From NCBI RefSeq assembly GCF_023055435.1, contig NW_025964223.1, positions 41,044,001 through 41,108,000 on the forward strand: DNA of 64,000 nucleotides. Reading direction: 5' to 3'. The notes beneath the pieces were generated by a model, which was given only the letters and a program-made list of their open reading frames with translations, searched no databases and was not told where the DNA came from. Shown piece by piece: positions 1 to 11,468 of the stretch; the first letter of the stretch is position 1, and every line of letters starts with the position of its first letter. The stretch comes from Haliotis rufescens (lineage: Eukaryota). Made by a program: the position numbers and the translations under genes.

Positions 1-1400
1 GACAAGGGAGGCGACTCCACAAAGGGGATGATGTAACCTTCCATAATAGTTCTAATGATGAATTCTGGAGCTTCTATATCCTTCCAAAATGAGATGTGCC
101 TCTTAAGATTTTCCTTAATGTTATGCTTACTCGCTGACGTGTCAGTTCTGTCAAGATAACTAGGTACAGGTACAAAATCAGTACTAATACCTCTGGTTTC
201 AGGTTTGACTTTGTCTACGGGTGAAACATCAAGCTGTGACCTACTACTAGGCTGTTCTGATATTGAACGGGAGACCTGTGGCAAATCCATGTTAGTTTTT
301 CTTTTAATACTTCTGCTTGAGTTCTGATCCCCTGAAACATATGTAATACGATCTCAATCAAGATAGTAACGCATTAGCCACTCAAATATATATTTCATAT
401 CTCAAAAGTGGTTTTGATTTACCTGAATAATCACTGCTTTTTGCAGGCCTCTGTAGGCTGAAGTCCTTGTGGTGGGTTGAAATTACTTGACTGCGATGAC
501 CTCTGGGCGGCTGCAAGGGGACATGTGGCTCTCCAGTGCCCAAAGGCTCCGCAAAAGTAGCATTGTTGGTTTGGAAGTGGTGTTTTCCTGGGTTGAAAAC
601 GAAAGGGCTGGTTCTGCTGAACCTGAGGGGCCTGTTTGGGTAATTCGCTGTTAGGATTGGGGAAAGTTGCAGAAGGATAAGGACTATAACCTCTACCACG
701 GGAATTGAAAGAAGTAGGGCGCTTTCTGCACTGTGCCTTACTTTCCGCTCTCTCGAAACGTCTCTCTTCATCCTAGTTTGAAGCCAGATCATCCCCTTCC
801 AACTCCGAGACTACTGCCCAACCGGCTGTAGATCTGTCTGCAAGTCTAATGTGCTTGTTTCTTTTACTGATGTTAGAGCTAATTTCTCTCAAGACATGCA
901 CACAATCGACTGTGTTATCCCGATTGATAAACCGAATAGCAGAGTCAACCTGATCCAAAATACCAATGTTGAACTTATATTGTAACTGATTCCCTTTGAA
1001 TCTAAACTGTGGAGAGTCAAAGTCTTTTCTAGCTCTCTTAATGACAGAATACGACCTCTGCTCAGTTTCATCAATAATTTCACTTTTGAAAGTCTTCAAC
1101 TTACAGTCCATATATTGCTTAAAAAGTTGAAACGTTTCGTACCCTTCAACAGAATCCTGTGCTTTGTTAGGTTGACCAGGAATGTGTAGTTCTTCAACGG
1201 AGTCAAGATTTTCCTGCTGTGGTGAATCCATTCCGAACAAAGAAGACAACAGCTCGCCTGTGTGACGCGAAGGCCTCGAGTGGTGTTTCTTGCCCTCTCC
1301 TCAGCACCTTATGCACGTGACGCCACCGCTTTCACGTGCACAGCCTTCTTCAAATCACATTCGTTACCGTATTTACCCCATAGTAAATACATTACCTTGA
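1..1400 (-). mobile_element. DIRS/Ngaro-type (tyrosine-recombinase) retrotransposon, 5' part, degenerate
   Basis: Gag-like frame 1249->431 (FKGNQLQYKFN...RNKHIRLADRSTAGWAVVSELEGDDLASN*DEERRFERAE) reads through one TAG (773-775) into a CCHC knuckle CYFCGAFGHWRATC. A second frame from ATG 290 runs off the window edge with the typical DIRS RT lead-in IKENLKRHISFWKDIEAPEFIIRTIMEGYIIPF. Confidence 0.85.
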
Positions 1401-1649
1401 TATTGTTCATTGNNNNNNNNNNNNNNNNNNNNNNNNNNNNNNNNNNNNNNNNNNNNNNNNNNNNNNNNNNNNNNNNNNNNNNNNNNNNNNNNNNNNNNNN
1501 NNNNNNNNNNNNNNNNNNNNNNNNNNNNNNNNNNNNNNNNNNNNNNNNNNNNNNNAGTCCATCATCTTCTTTATATCAGTTTCAGACATAGTACTTTCGC
1601 TGTCTCATGACAGGTCTTCAGTGTAACTGACAATGACATAACATATATA

Positions 1650-3120
1650 TATATACAGGTCATATGCGAGGATAACTTAAGAATGATGGCAGGCGTTATT
1701 ACACATATATATACATATATATACGGATGGCGGCCAAGATATTCAAAGAATAGACACCGTCAGTTCAAATATTGTTATCTGAAAAAGGTAAACTACAAAT
1801 GTACACAAACATGGTTCCCTCAATTGTTAGCAATATAAGAAACCATTTTCAGTGTATGAGAAATGCATGTGACAGCTTTCAGCAGTTGTGATGTATAAAT
1901 GGGTTCAGATATAGGTTATTGTGGTGACATGACCCTTTTGTCCATTGTAAACAATCTTTAATATTGCGAAGTTTAATTTCCCATATTTCCGTAAAAATAT
2001 GACAGCGTGTTCCAAATTTGTTAGACTGCGATAGTACCGCGTGTAAGTATATATAACAGGACAGGTGGAACAAGACAATGTTGACTTTCTGACAAGTGTT
2101 GCTGGATTGAAGGTATTCAGGGCAAAATTGCAATAGAACACATTGTGACATTTGCATTAAGAGTACCAATTGTCACAGAGCTATCATACCAGGACAATGT
2201 TGGCCATGCATTTACATATCAATGTAAACGTGACTTAAAGAAAAGTATTATTTTGTGTCATCAATTTAGCATTCTTTATTTCGTATCAAGTTACGTATCA
2301 TCAATAACATTGACGCAACTGTGTGAATGATGTAGATAGTTTCCATCATCGGAATGAATACAGTTAAGTCCACGAGGACGCGATGTCTCAGCGTTTACAT
2401 GGGTTAGACCCCAAGACGTAGGATCCGAGTGGCCTTACTGTCTTAACCTCTCACCATCACTAATTAATAGTGATTTAAAAACATACGATTATCATATATA
2501 CAATGGATTATGGAAATGTCGCTTGTATTTCCATGTCTATGTTAGCTTTTGGGTACAGACCCCTGCCGGCAACACACGTTTTATGTCATTTTCTTCTCTC
2601 CTCATATTAGATGACAGACAAAAATAAACATTGAATCATCATTGACATAATCTGTTTCATCTGAAGGTAAACGTTTACGTATACTTTATATATACCTATC
2701 TAAGACCTGTCTAACGTTACGATCTGTCGTCGAATTGATAAAAAAAAAATACTGGATGATGAACAAAGATGTTTCAATGGAATATGATTTTTTATTTCGA
2801 AAGGGACTGTTTTGCCCATTGTAGGCTATGCTTAATATCGTTAAGTTACATTTTCATGATTTCCGTAAAAATATGACCGTAGTCCTTTTAAATTTGTTTT
2901 ACTGCGATAGCATCGTGTCCAAGTATTACAACATAAATCGAACAGGATAATACTGACTTTCTGAATAGTGTTACTGAATTTTCGATATGAAATGCAACAA
3001 TGCCATTAAACACATTGTGACATTTACAGGAAAAGCATGACACTACACAGAGATAAAGTTCGCAACAGATGGCATGATCCTATGCATAGTAGTATGCATA
3101 ATATGCTATCATACCAGGAA
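1650..3120. repeat. Intergenic block duplicated at ~12785-14500; related ~1-kb units at 2800-4100, 27440-28700, 49800-50900, 59030-60420
   Basis: Near-identical stretches, e.g. ggatggcggccaagatattcaaagaatagac... at 1725 and 12995. Confidence 0.85.
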
Positions 3121-4539
3121 AATTCGGGCAATGTAGTTACATGTCAGTGTAAACGTGACTTCAGGAAATATATTCCTTTTATATTGTGCTTGTCGCCACC
3201 TGGTATTAATTTAGAAGTCTATATTTCGTAAATAACTAGTTACATATCTGGTCACAAATCCTTAGCAAGATTAACACAACTGTGTGAATTATGTAGTTAG
3301 TTTTTTTCCCCATCAGCATGGATACAGTTAAGACCACGAACACCCGGTGTCTAATCGTTGACATGGTCAGTTAGACCCCGAAACGCGGGTCCGAGTGGCC
3401 CTACCTTCTGAACCATGGCTACTATCCCAAGCATTTACAAACAATGTCTTTTTTACGTTACTTTGATGATTCTCATATATATTCAAAACGTCTATGTTTG
3501 ACAACCTACTTTCGTTAAATGTACAGATTTGTAAATGTATAAAACGCATACTCTCCCATTTATTCTATCCTAGATTTCTAATATATCAGTGACAAAACTC
3601 ATGTCCGTTACAATTCCCTATTGTGACTTGTACCGTTATGTGTCGTGTTGTTTTCGAGGTAAACAGTTGGGTTGCCTTTGCATGTAACTGGTGCCACCGT
3701 AGGGTCAGGATACGCCCACCTTTTCACAAACACCTGGTATCATCCACACTTGATAGATATTCATAAACACTAATGATATACATGTAGTCGGAATCATACA
3801 ACGCAGATTTGTTATTATTAATAGATATTTATAATGAAAATGTTTATTTAATTATTTCCATGTCTTTGATAGCCTTTCCATGCAGACACCTGCCAGCGAC
3901 ACATATTTGATGTCAAATTTGTTCTGATATCAAATTGGATGGCAGAGGTTAATAAACATTTCATGACCGAGACATATCTGTTCCATGTGAAAGTAATGTA
4001 ACATTTGCATATACGTATTACAGACTTATCTAAGAACTGTCTAACGTCATGACATGTATACATGTTGAATTAATAACCAAAAAATATCGGATGATGAACA
4101 TTCGGAAGGAATGTAAAAACGCATAATCACATAGCTTAGAGTAATAATAATTCATAACAAAGCAGATAAACTAAATATATTTATCAAACATGCTGATTGA
4201 TCATTTGATAAATGAAATATTGTGAAATGTTATGGAATAAGGATTTACTGGAATGTGTTTAATATGGAACAAATATTGAACACATTTTGCAACTTTAGAG
4301 AAATAATTGCCAAAATAAAGTTTATTTGTATACGTCCGCTGTTATAGAAGCACTGGTTAGTCTTACACTGAATTATACAGACGACTATTTTATTTCAAAG
4401 GAATGTGAAAAAGCATAACCAGATATGTTCATAGCTTAGAATAATATTAATTCATAACGAAGCAGGTAAACTAAATATAATTATCAAGCAAGCTGATTGA
4501 TCAGTTGATAAACGAAACTTTGAAAAATGGGGTGGAATG

Positions 4540-4815
4540 AAAAACACAAAAGCTTTTGATGAGCGTACTTGTGAAAAGAGCAATTGCCCAAAATCCTTTT
4601 TAAACATCATGATAGTGATGTGAGAGATATGTGTCCCCTTGTGACAGTTCGGGTTCGAACCACCTTGGAGCAATGAATTAGAAAGTGAAAAACGCAACTG
4701 TGCACACTGCACCGAAACACAATCACTGTTGCTGGACACATGCTGCACGTGAAAAGCTTGATCCCAGGTTCTTTAAAAGCACACAGGAAACTGGTCATCG
4801 GTCACTTGTTCAATC
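4540..4815 (+). mobile_element. Truncated 5' fragment of the same Tc1-like element downstream of copy A
   Basis: Near-identical to 17350-17622, then jumps directly to the flank found at ~18650, so the rest is deleted. Confidence 0.8.
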
Positions 4816-4928
4816 GGTTACATGTTATACTTGATAAGTGCAAATACGCACTGACTGATCGTATACCTGCGAATAATGGTATATGCTGCAACAATCTGAA
4901 ACATGTACACTAGCTTGTGTGTTAGTCT

Positions 4929-7900
4929 CTAGGCGTAAATGTATGGATCATCTCCACTGACCGAGTTGACGTACGAAGGTACTTCACTTCTGTTTATGTG
5001 ACCGTAGCTATGTTCGTCACCGTCTTCACTTGCATTACGTTGTATTCCATTGTACATATTTCTTTCAACATCATGGCTGAGGCCAGAATATGTGTTGGTG
5101 GTGCCACTGGTGGGAATAAGGTCATCTTCTCCCTGGGATCCATCAGGGATGCTCTGCACACCATAATAAACTGACGTTTCAGGATTCGATGAATTACCGT
5201 GCGAGTTCCTGGATAGCCTGATTACCATGCTGCAGCAATAGACGTTTTGCATACGATCATTGAATAATAATTACAAGGTTGCATTTTGACTTCATTACCA
5301 AGTGCCATAATATCACACGTATAAATCAAACAGTTTGATGTACTTACATATATATGATGAGCGCCACTATGATGAGAACCAGGACACCACACACCACTGC
5401 TAAGGGTAAAACAATATTTCCATTGTCTGAAACGAGATACATGAAGCCTTTAACGTGAAGATTTCTGCTTTTGTCTGTGCCTTCATTGCACAACTTGGGC
5501 TTACAAACACACGAGCGCGCGCGTGTATACACACACACACACGTGCATGCACACTCTTACACGAAATTATTTCCATATTTCGTATAACAATCTCATTGGT
5601 TACCTGTGTGTGTTGATGACAGGGCTGTAGAGGTAAGGGATGTCATTGTGACGGTTGATCCCTGAGCAGTAGTATAGGTAGTTATTTCAGACAGTGTAGT
5701 GATGCCGTTGGATATCCGTAGCGTTGTGGCTACTGACGTAGTTAGTGAATCTGTATGGGAAATGAAACACAATGAGTGATTTCCTCTGTGGTTAGTATGC
5801 ATGGCCGTCGTAGGGATTCCGGAAGAAAATACATGAGGTTCCCAGAAACCGTCGCTGGTCTCAGGAGGCGATCAAATGAATCGGGGTGATTGTGTATCTA
5901 CGTACCCTGATGGCGTGGATCGTTGCTCACAAATAACAAATTGTCTGGTCCAGTTTCGATTTTTTACAAACCGCCATCGTATATATAGCTGCAATAATAG
6001 TACGGCAAACAAACAAACAGAGACCAAATCAAACTATTTGTCGACCTCTTAACGGAATAGGAACAATAGATAGGGATAGAAGTTGAGTTCTCGTTACTAA
6101 TTCAACATGGGACAAGTCGCCCTGTCATTTCCTTCAGTCAGGCTCTCTGATTACACCTTCTGGAGTTAGGCTGTACTGATGTTCTAGCATATTGTTCAGG
6201 GCAGTCTATGTCAGCTATTGCGTGTTCTAGTGATGAGATACAGACTCAGGGAAATTCAAGGTAATAACACTGCTGCCATAGACCACACTAGTCTTCTCAA
6301 ATGCGTGTCATCACAAATGTTCATACTCATACCCACACAAATATAACGGTAATCCAACTGATCACCGTTGAGAGGGTCATGAAACATCGTCATCAGGTGA
6401 CACTCACCCATAGAAGTCAAAGGTGTACTTGTTGTTGCTGCAGTGGTCAGTGTGTCCAAAGTACTTGGACTGGTTGCATCTTGTGAACGCGATGGCGCCT
6501 GTGTTGGCGTGGGTACTGGGGTGGTTGATGCTTCCAACGGTTGTCGCTCAGAAGTTATGTTCATTTTACCTGAAGCTGTGAACAATCATTTCTGAAGCAG
6601 TCTGTAGGTCCGAGTTCCGTTTGATTTGAAATAAGTGATGCGACTCCCGGACACTGGAGGAAACTAGCTGACCATAGAGTCGTAGGTCGTAGAGTTGTAT
6701 AATATATGATGAAACCTACTGCATACCAGTCAAGTCATAATATTTTCTTAGTATATTATGGAAAGTAGTTAAAAGGGGGTTTATTTTCATCATGGCTACA
6801 CTGTACTTTTCTTTTGATGGAACCAGCAGTTCTCGAGAGGCTGTCACAATTGTATTTTTCAATAAAATAAATTGAACAAATCAGAAACTATGTATTGTCA
6901 GGATAGATTGGTTCATAAAGGAATTTTATCATTAAAGTGATCACACTGGACTGACTGAAGGTAGATTGAAATAATTACATGTTTTCTCGGATAGCGAGTC
7001 AAAAGTCAAATCAAGACCGGCATCAGATTCTATTTGTTAACTTATTGCTAATTTGATGGTTATCATAGAAGGAGACACGTCAAAAGATAAATTTGATGTA
7101 TACTCTCATACATACCAGAAACACGTATCCATACATTTGATCCATTCTGATAATGGTTATCGTAGACTATTACTACTTCGGCAGCTGTTCCCCGTAATAA
7201 CCTGTTGTTTTGGATCAAGTTCACCCTTGTCCAGAGTTGATTCCCGTCACCTGAGATGTTAAGACTCCCTAACTTTATCCGCTGTTCTACCAATGTTACT
7301 TGTATATTCTCCCCTGTGATCCTAACAACACAGCTGCTGTTCACACCGACACTGTTAGGGAAGCCCGGGGAATGTAGGTACACCGACCCGTTTACTGTTG
7401 TGCTGACTGAACTACACATATCCATACTTTCTGAAACACAATGCATATAACAAGTAGAACAACTTACATGCTAGTATTCAAATTAGTGACATATTCTTTC
7501 ATAACAGGTCATATAAAGCAAATTGCTCCCATGTATTCTTGATTTCGTTTTGGCGCCCGGTTGATCAAGGCTGAAGCTGAAACACTCATGAATCGCTGGA
7601 AATGATATAGCATTATTACCAGGGTCACACTAAGGTCATGATGCAGGGGGCACTTGGCATGTAGTTCTAGTCAGTTGGCATGAGCGTCTAGTCAGGCTCT
7701 AGTCAGGCTCTAGTCAGGAGGTTTAATCAGTTTGCAGTATCCTTTGGTTGTTTATTACAAAACATATACTATAATTGATGGCAATGATGGTGAAAGATGT
7801 TATGAAAGCAGTCCAGTATTCGTACGCGCTTGTTGTTTTGTTATGTCATAAATCACAAACAGAAGTCGGTGCAATTAAACGCTTACTAGGTAACAAAATA

Positions 7901-8054
7901 TGGTACTCATACACGTGTAACCTTGACATGTCACGATGTATTTATGAATATTGTAACGAACAACATAATGATAAGAAAGATAGTTTTTTTATGTCAACTT
8001 CTTTATCATGAAGAACACAACATTTTCGGAGTAGATGCTTACTCCTTCATCAGG

Positions 8055-8091
<37 letters not shown>

Positions 8092-11000
8092 TGATGATGA
8101 TGATGAAACTAGAAATGTGATGATGAGAAATAATCAACACAATAGATGCATAAAGCCACAATTAAAAACGTGGCTGATCACGATAAGTTCGATATTGTCC
8201 CATGTGACTTAATGTTCATATCCTAAAAGCCTGACACGATGGATGTTTGAAATGTAATTACATTTTTGCCTCAATCAGTTGTGAAATCGTGATGGTGGCC
8301 TCAAGGAACTACACGCTCACCTCGAGATGTGAAGTCACGGACGACGACGATACAATCCAGACATGCATAACCAACAGTTATCGCATGGTGCATGATACGT
8401 TGAACCGCGATAACACAAGTGTTAATTCTCTGCAGAAAATATACACTTGTTTGTTCCGTTTACTGACTTGCAATACATGTGCGTGTTCTGTATGTCAGTT
8501 AAATATTGTCATGTTCCGATCTCCAAGCAGACACTCCATCCACGAGACCATGGAGGTAGTCCATCATAAGGCTCACCAGTAAGTCTTGCAATGATATCAA
8601 CAGGCTAACATACCATGTTGCAATGACATCAACAAGCTACTTACGATATACACTGGTCTTGTTTGTTGCGTTAGCTTTATTTTTCAAAACATATTTGTGT
8701 GTTGTACGTCTGTTACATATTGTCATGTTGAGATCGAACCACCAATGCAGACGCTCTATCCCTAGACCATGGAGGCAGTCCGTCATAAAGTTCATGAGTC
8801 AGTCTTGAAATGACATTAACTAACATTCTTTACTAGTCTTAATCTATTCCTGCAGTGTCGCATATCAAACTTAAGAATCTATCAGCTGTTTGTTTGTTGT
8901 TTAACGCCGCACTCAGTAATATACACAACGGCGATCCGCGAATACTCTAGTCTGGACCATACAATCCTGTGACTGACATCGTGAGCATCGATCTACGCAA
9001 GTGGGATACGACGACCTACATCAGCCATGTCCGCGAGTCTCAACTCTCTTTCTAGAAGCATTGATTGCTGAAGACCAATTTTAACCCGTATCGTCATGAG
9101 AGCTCTCAATTATAATATACACGTGGGTGAACTGGATTTATCGCCGCCTTAAATAATATTTCAGTTATATCACAGGATATCAGCCTGATGTGATGGGAAA
9201 GCTCGACGTAATAAAGTTCTTGGGATTTTACCACTTTGGTGTAACCCACGAGCACTGGTATGGTACAAAGAACACTAGAAACAATCATAGAAGATCATAG
9301 GTTCAAGGGTTTCTGACACGCGAATTGCAACAGAATCACCCATGACCTCTTATTACAATATATATTTTAAAACTTCAGGCTAGAAGCTGAAAAACTCAAA
9401 TGCACAACATTACCCTAATCTCTCTCCATCTGTTTTCACATGGATAGAGACAGGTAGTATATTTTCCATTTGTATCAACACGTACAAATGTAACGCATAC
9501 ATTCTTCCGATCCTTGCCACGTGTATGGGTGTTAAGGTATTCTACTCCAATAATCACCTTGGGGTAAATACATGTACATGTATGGATGTATTGTGTGATG
9601 TGCTAACAATAGGAAGGATTGCTAAGAACGAAGTGAGATGCTGTGCACGTCCAGATCAAATGTCCATGAATGGCAGACACATAATGTGACATATCAACGA
9701 TTGAAAGACAACAGAATATACCTTCTGTCATGAACGTACCATTTTGTTTTCTTCTAAAACTCACATATGCATTTATGACTACTGGGTTTAATACCTACAA
9801 TCATACATGCGATTTTTATCGAATCAGTAACTCATTATTAAAAGCAAACCATGTTGATTGTGTCAGTTTGACCAGATACTAAATTTACGTCTCACCTTTG
9901 ATACAGGTGTAATTTACTTCAGCAGCAGCATATGTGAAGTTACAGTTTATTTTGGGTGTTGCGGATATGGCTTCATGGCAGGACTGTTTCCCATTACAGT
10001 TGACGATCAGTCCATTTTTGCTGCTGGTATGGCTCTTACTACACGGCTCTGCTGACTCTTACTGCACGACGATTTCAGGCGACATGTCGCATTGTCTCCA
10101 TCCCCATACGCCTCTTGCTCGACATGTATCCATTCACCGGCAGAACACTGAAGCTGTATTGTAAAGGTTCTCCACAACCCCTCTATACATCTGTTCCCAG
10201 TTCTGGTGTCACCTTTGAATGCATTATAACTCGTTTAAATATACTTCGCTGAATAAGATCTAAACGTTTTTACTACAGTCGCAGGCAACTGCCGTGTACC
10301 AAAGCTGTAATGCTGTAATTATCAAATAAAACATTAATGAGAAATCATTATGTGGGAATACACAATATGCAGCTGTTGAGTGGTTTATTAAGAGCTTTCA
10401 TTTCTCAAAAGCAACTAGTTATGTAATATGCTCATAAGTAAATCACACAAGCGAATCCCGTTGTACTTTACATAAGTGATGCATGACAGACATTTCAAAG
10501 TAAGATTCGCCTATTACATTATCCCGTAGAAAATTGTAATGATCTCGAAAGTACATAACCTATCATGAATCCAAGGATCGCATTTGCGCAAATAAAGTAT
10601 TGGCTCGTATCTCTTCATCTAATACTATGAAAGCCTATTGAGGTCAAAATTGAAATATGGAAAAGGACACGAAATGAAATTCGTTATAACGGGAAAAAAG
10701 TTCGTTATGACGGAAATAATTTCGTTATAACGGAAAAAAGATTCGTTATTAAGTAAAAGAATGTTATTACGAAAATGTTTTCGTTATGAAGGAAACAATT
10801 CGTTTTTACGGAAATAATTTCGTTATAACGAACCATTGTTTCGTAATGCCGAATCGTTTTCAGTAATAACGAATTCTTTTTCCGTAATAACGAATTTCTT
10901 TTTGTAATAACGAATCTTGTTTCGTAATAACGAATTTTTTTTTCGCAATAACAAATATATTTTCATAATAACGAATCTTTTTTCCGTTATAACGAAATTA

Positions 11001-11468
11001 TGATCAATTTTGACCCAAATAGGCTTTCGTATAATACATAGTTTGAACTACTTGTATATTCATGCTGTTTGATACCCCTTTCTGTTTCCTAGATACATAG
11101 TACAGCAACACTGGTAAATGTAAATGCTTGTGCGCTGTTAAATTCAGTGACATCCAGGGGGTTGAACATTTGAGCTTTTGTATTGTTGTATACTTGTAAT
11201 TTCAGTCACAACAAATCACAGGTACCAAGATCATATGGCAACCGCTGTCGCAATTTCTGGGTCTTATTCAACGATTCATAAACAAACGAACAGTATTGCG
11301 ACTTTTATAATATTGAAATCTGATGAAAATACACATCGTAGTTGCCAAAATGAACAATGCAACCCATACTCAAGTAAACAAACCAAATGAACGTATATCT
11401 TTTTTTTACTCACCGCATACAGCCAGTAAGAAATAGACGCAAAGCACAAATGCTCTTTCAGCATGCAT
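4929..11468 (-). pseudogene. Receptor copy A: SUEL-lectin/CUB-like/mucin-stalk/TM/Tyr-tail receptor, frameshifted in the lectin exon
   Basis: GT-AG exons: 11468-11414 (signal MHAERAFVLCVYFLLAVCG), 10212-9896 (lectin, 317 nt = 300+17), 7430-7116 (CUB-like), 6575-6408 and 5750-5604 (T/S/P stalk), 5426-5348 (TM), 5229-4929 (tail). A 17-nt insertion at 10054-10070 causes a premature TGA; all other exons are open and in phase. Confidence 0.8.
10626..11031. mobile_element. Foldback MITE with ~27-bp TIRs, internal ~20-bp tandem repeats and a 6-bp TSD
   Basis: Termini tatgaaagcctattgaggtcaaaattga / tcaattttgacccaaataggctttcgta. TAATAC lies on both sides (10620-10625, 11032-11037). The arms are built of ttcgttataacgg units in opposite orientation. 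Absent from intron 1 of B, C and D. Confidence 0.85.

Noticed and set aside
10660-11000. CRISPR-like array of ~20-bp repeats
   Set aside because: No unique spacers, units are degenerate and mirror-oriented inside TIRs with a TSD, the context is eukaryotic, and there are no cas genes.
11276-11464. ORF-track start MLKEHLCF as the first exon of A
   Set aside because: It gives phase 0 and no signal peptide. The ATG at 11468 gives a hydrophobic leader, phase 1, and is conserved in B, C and D.
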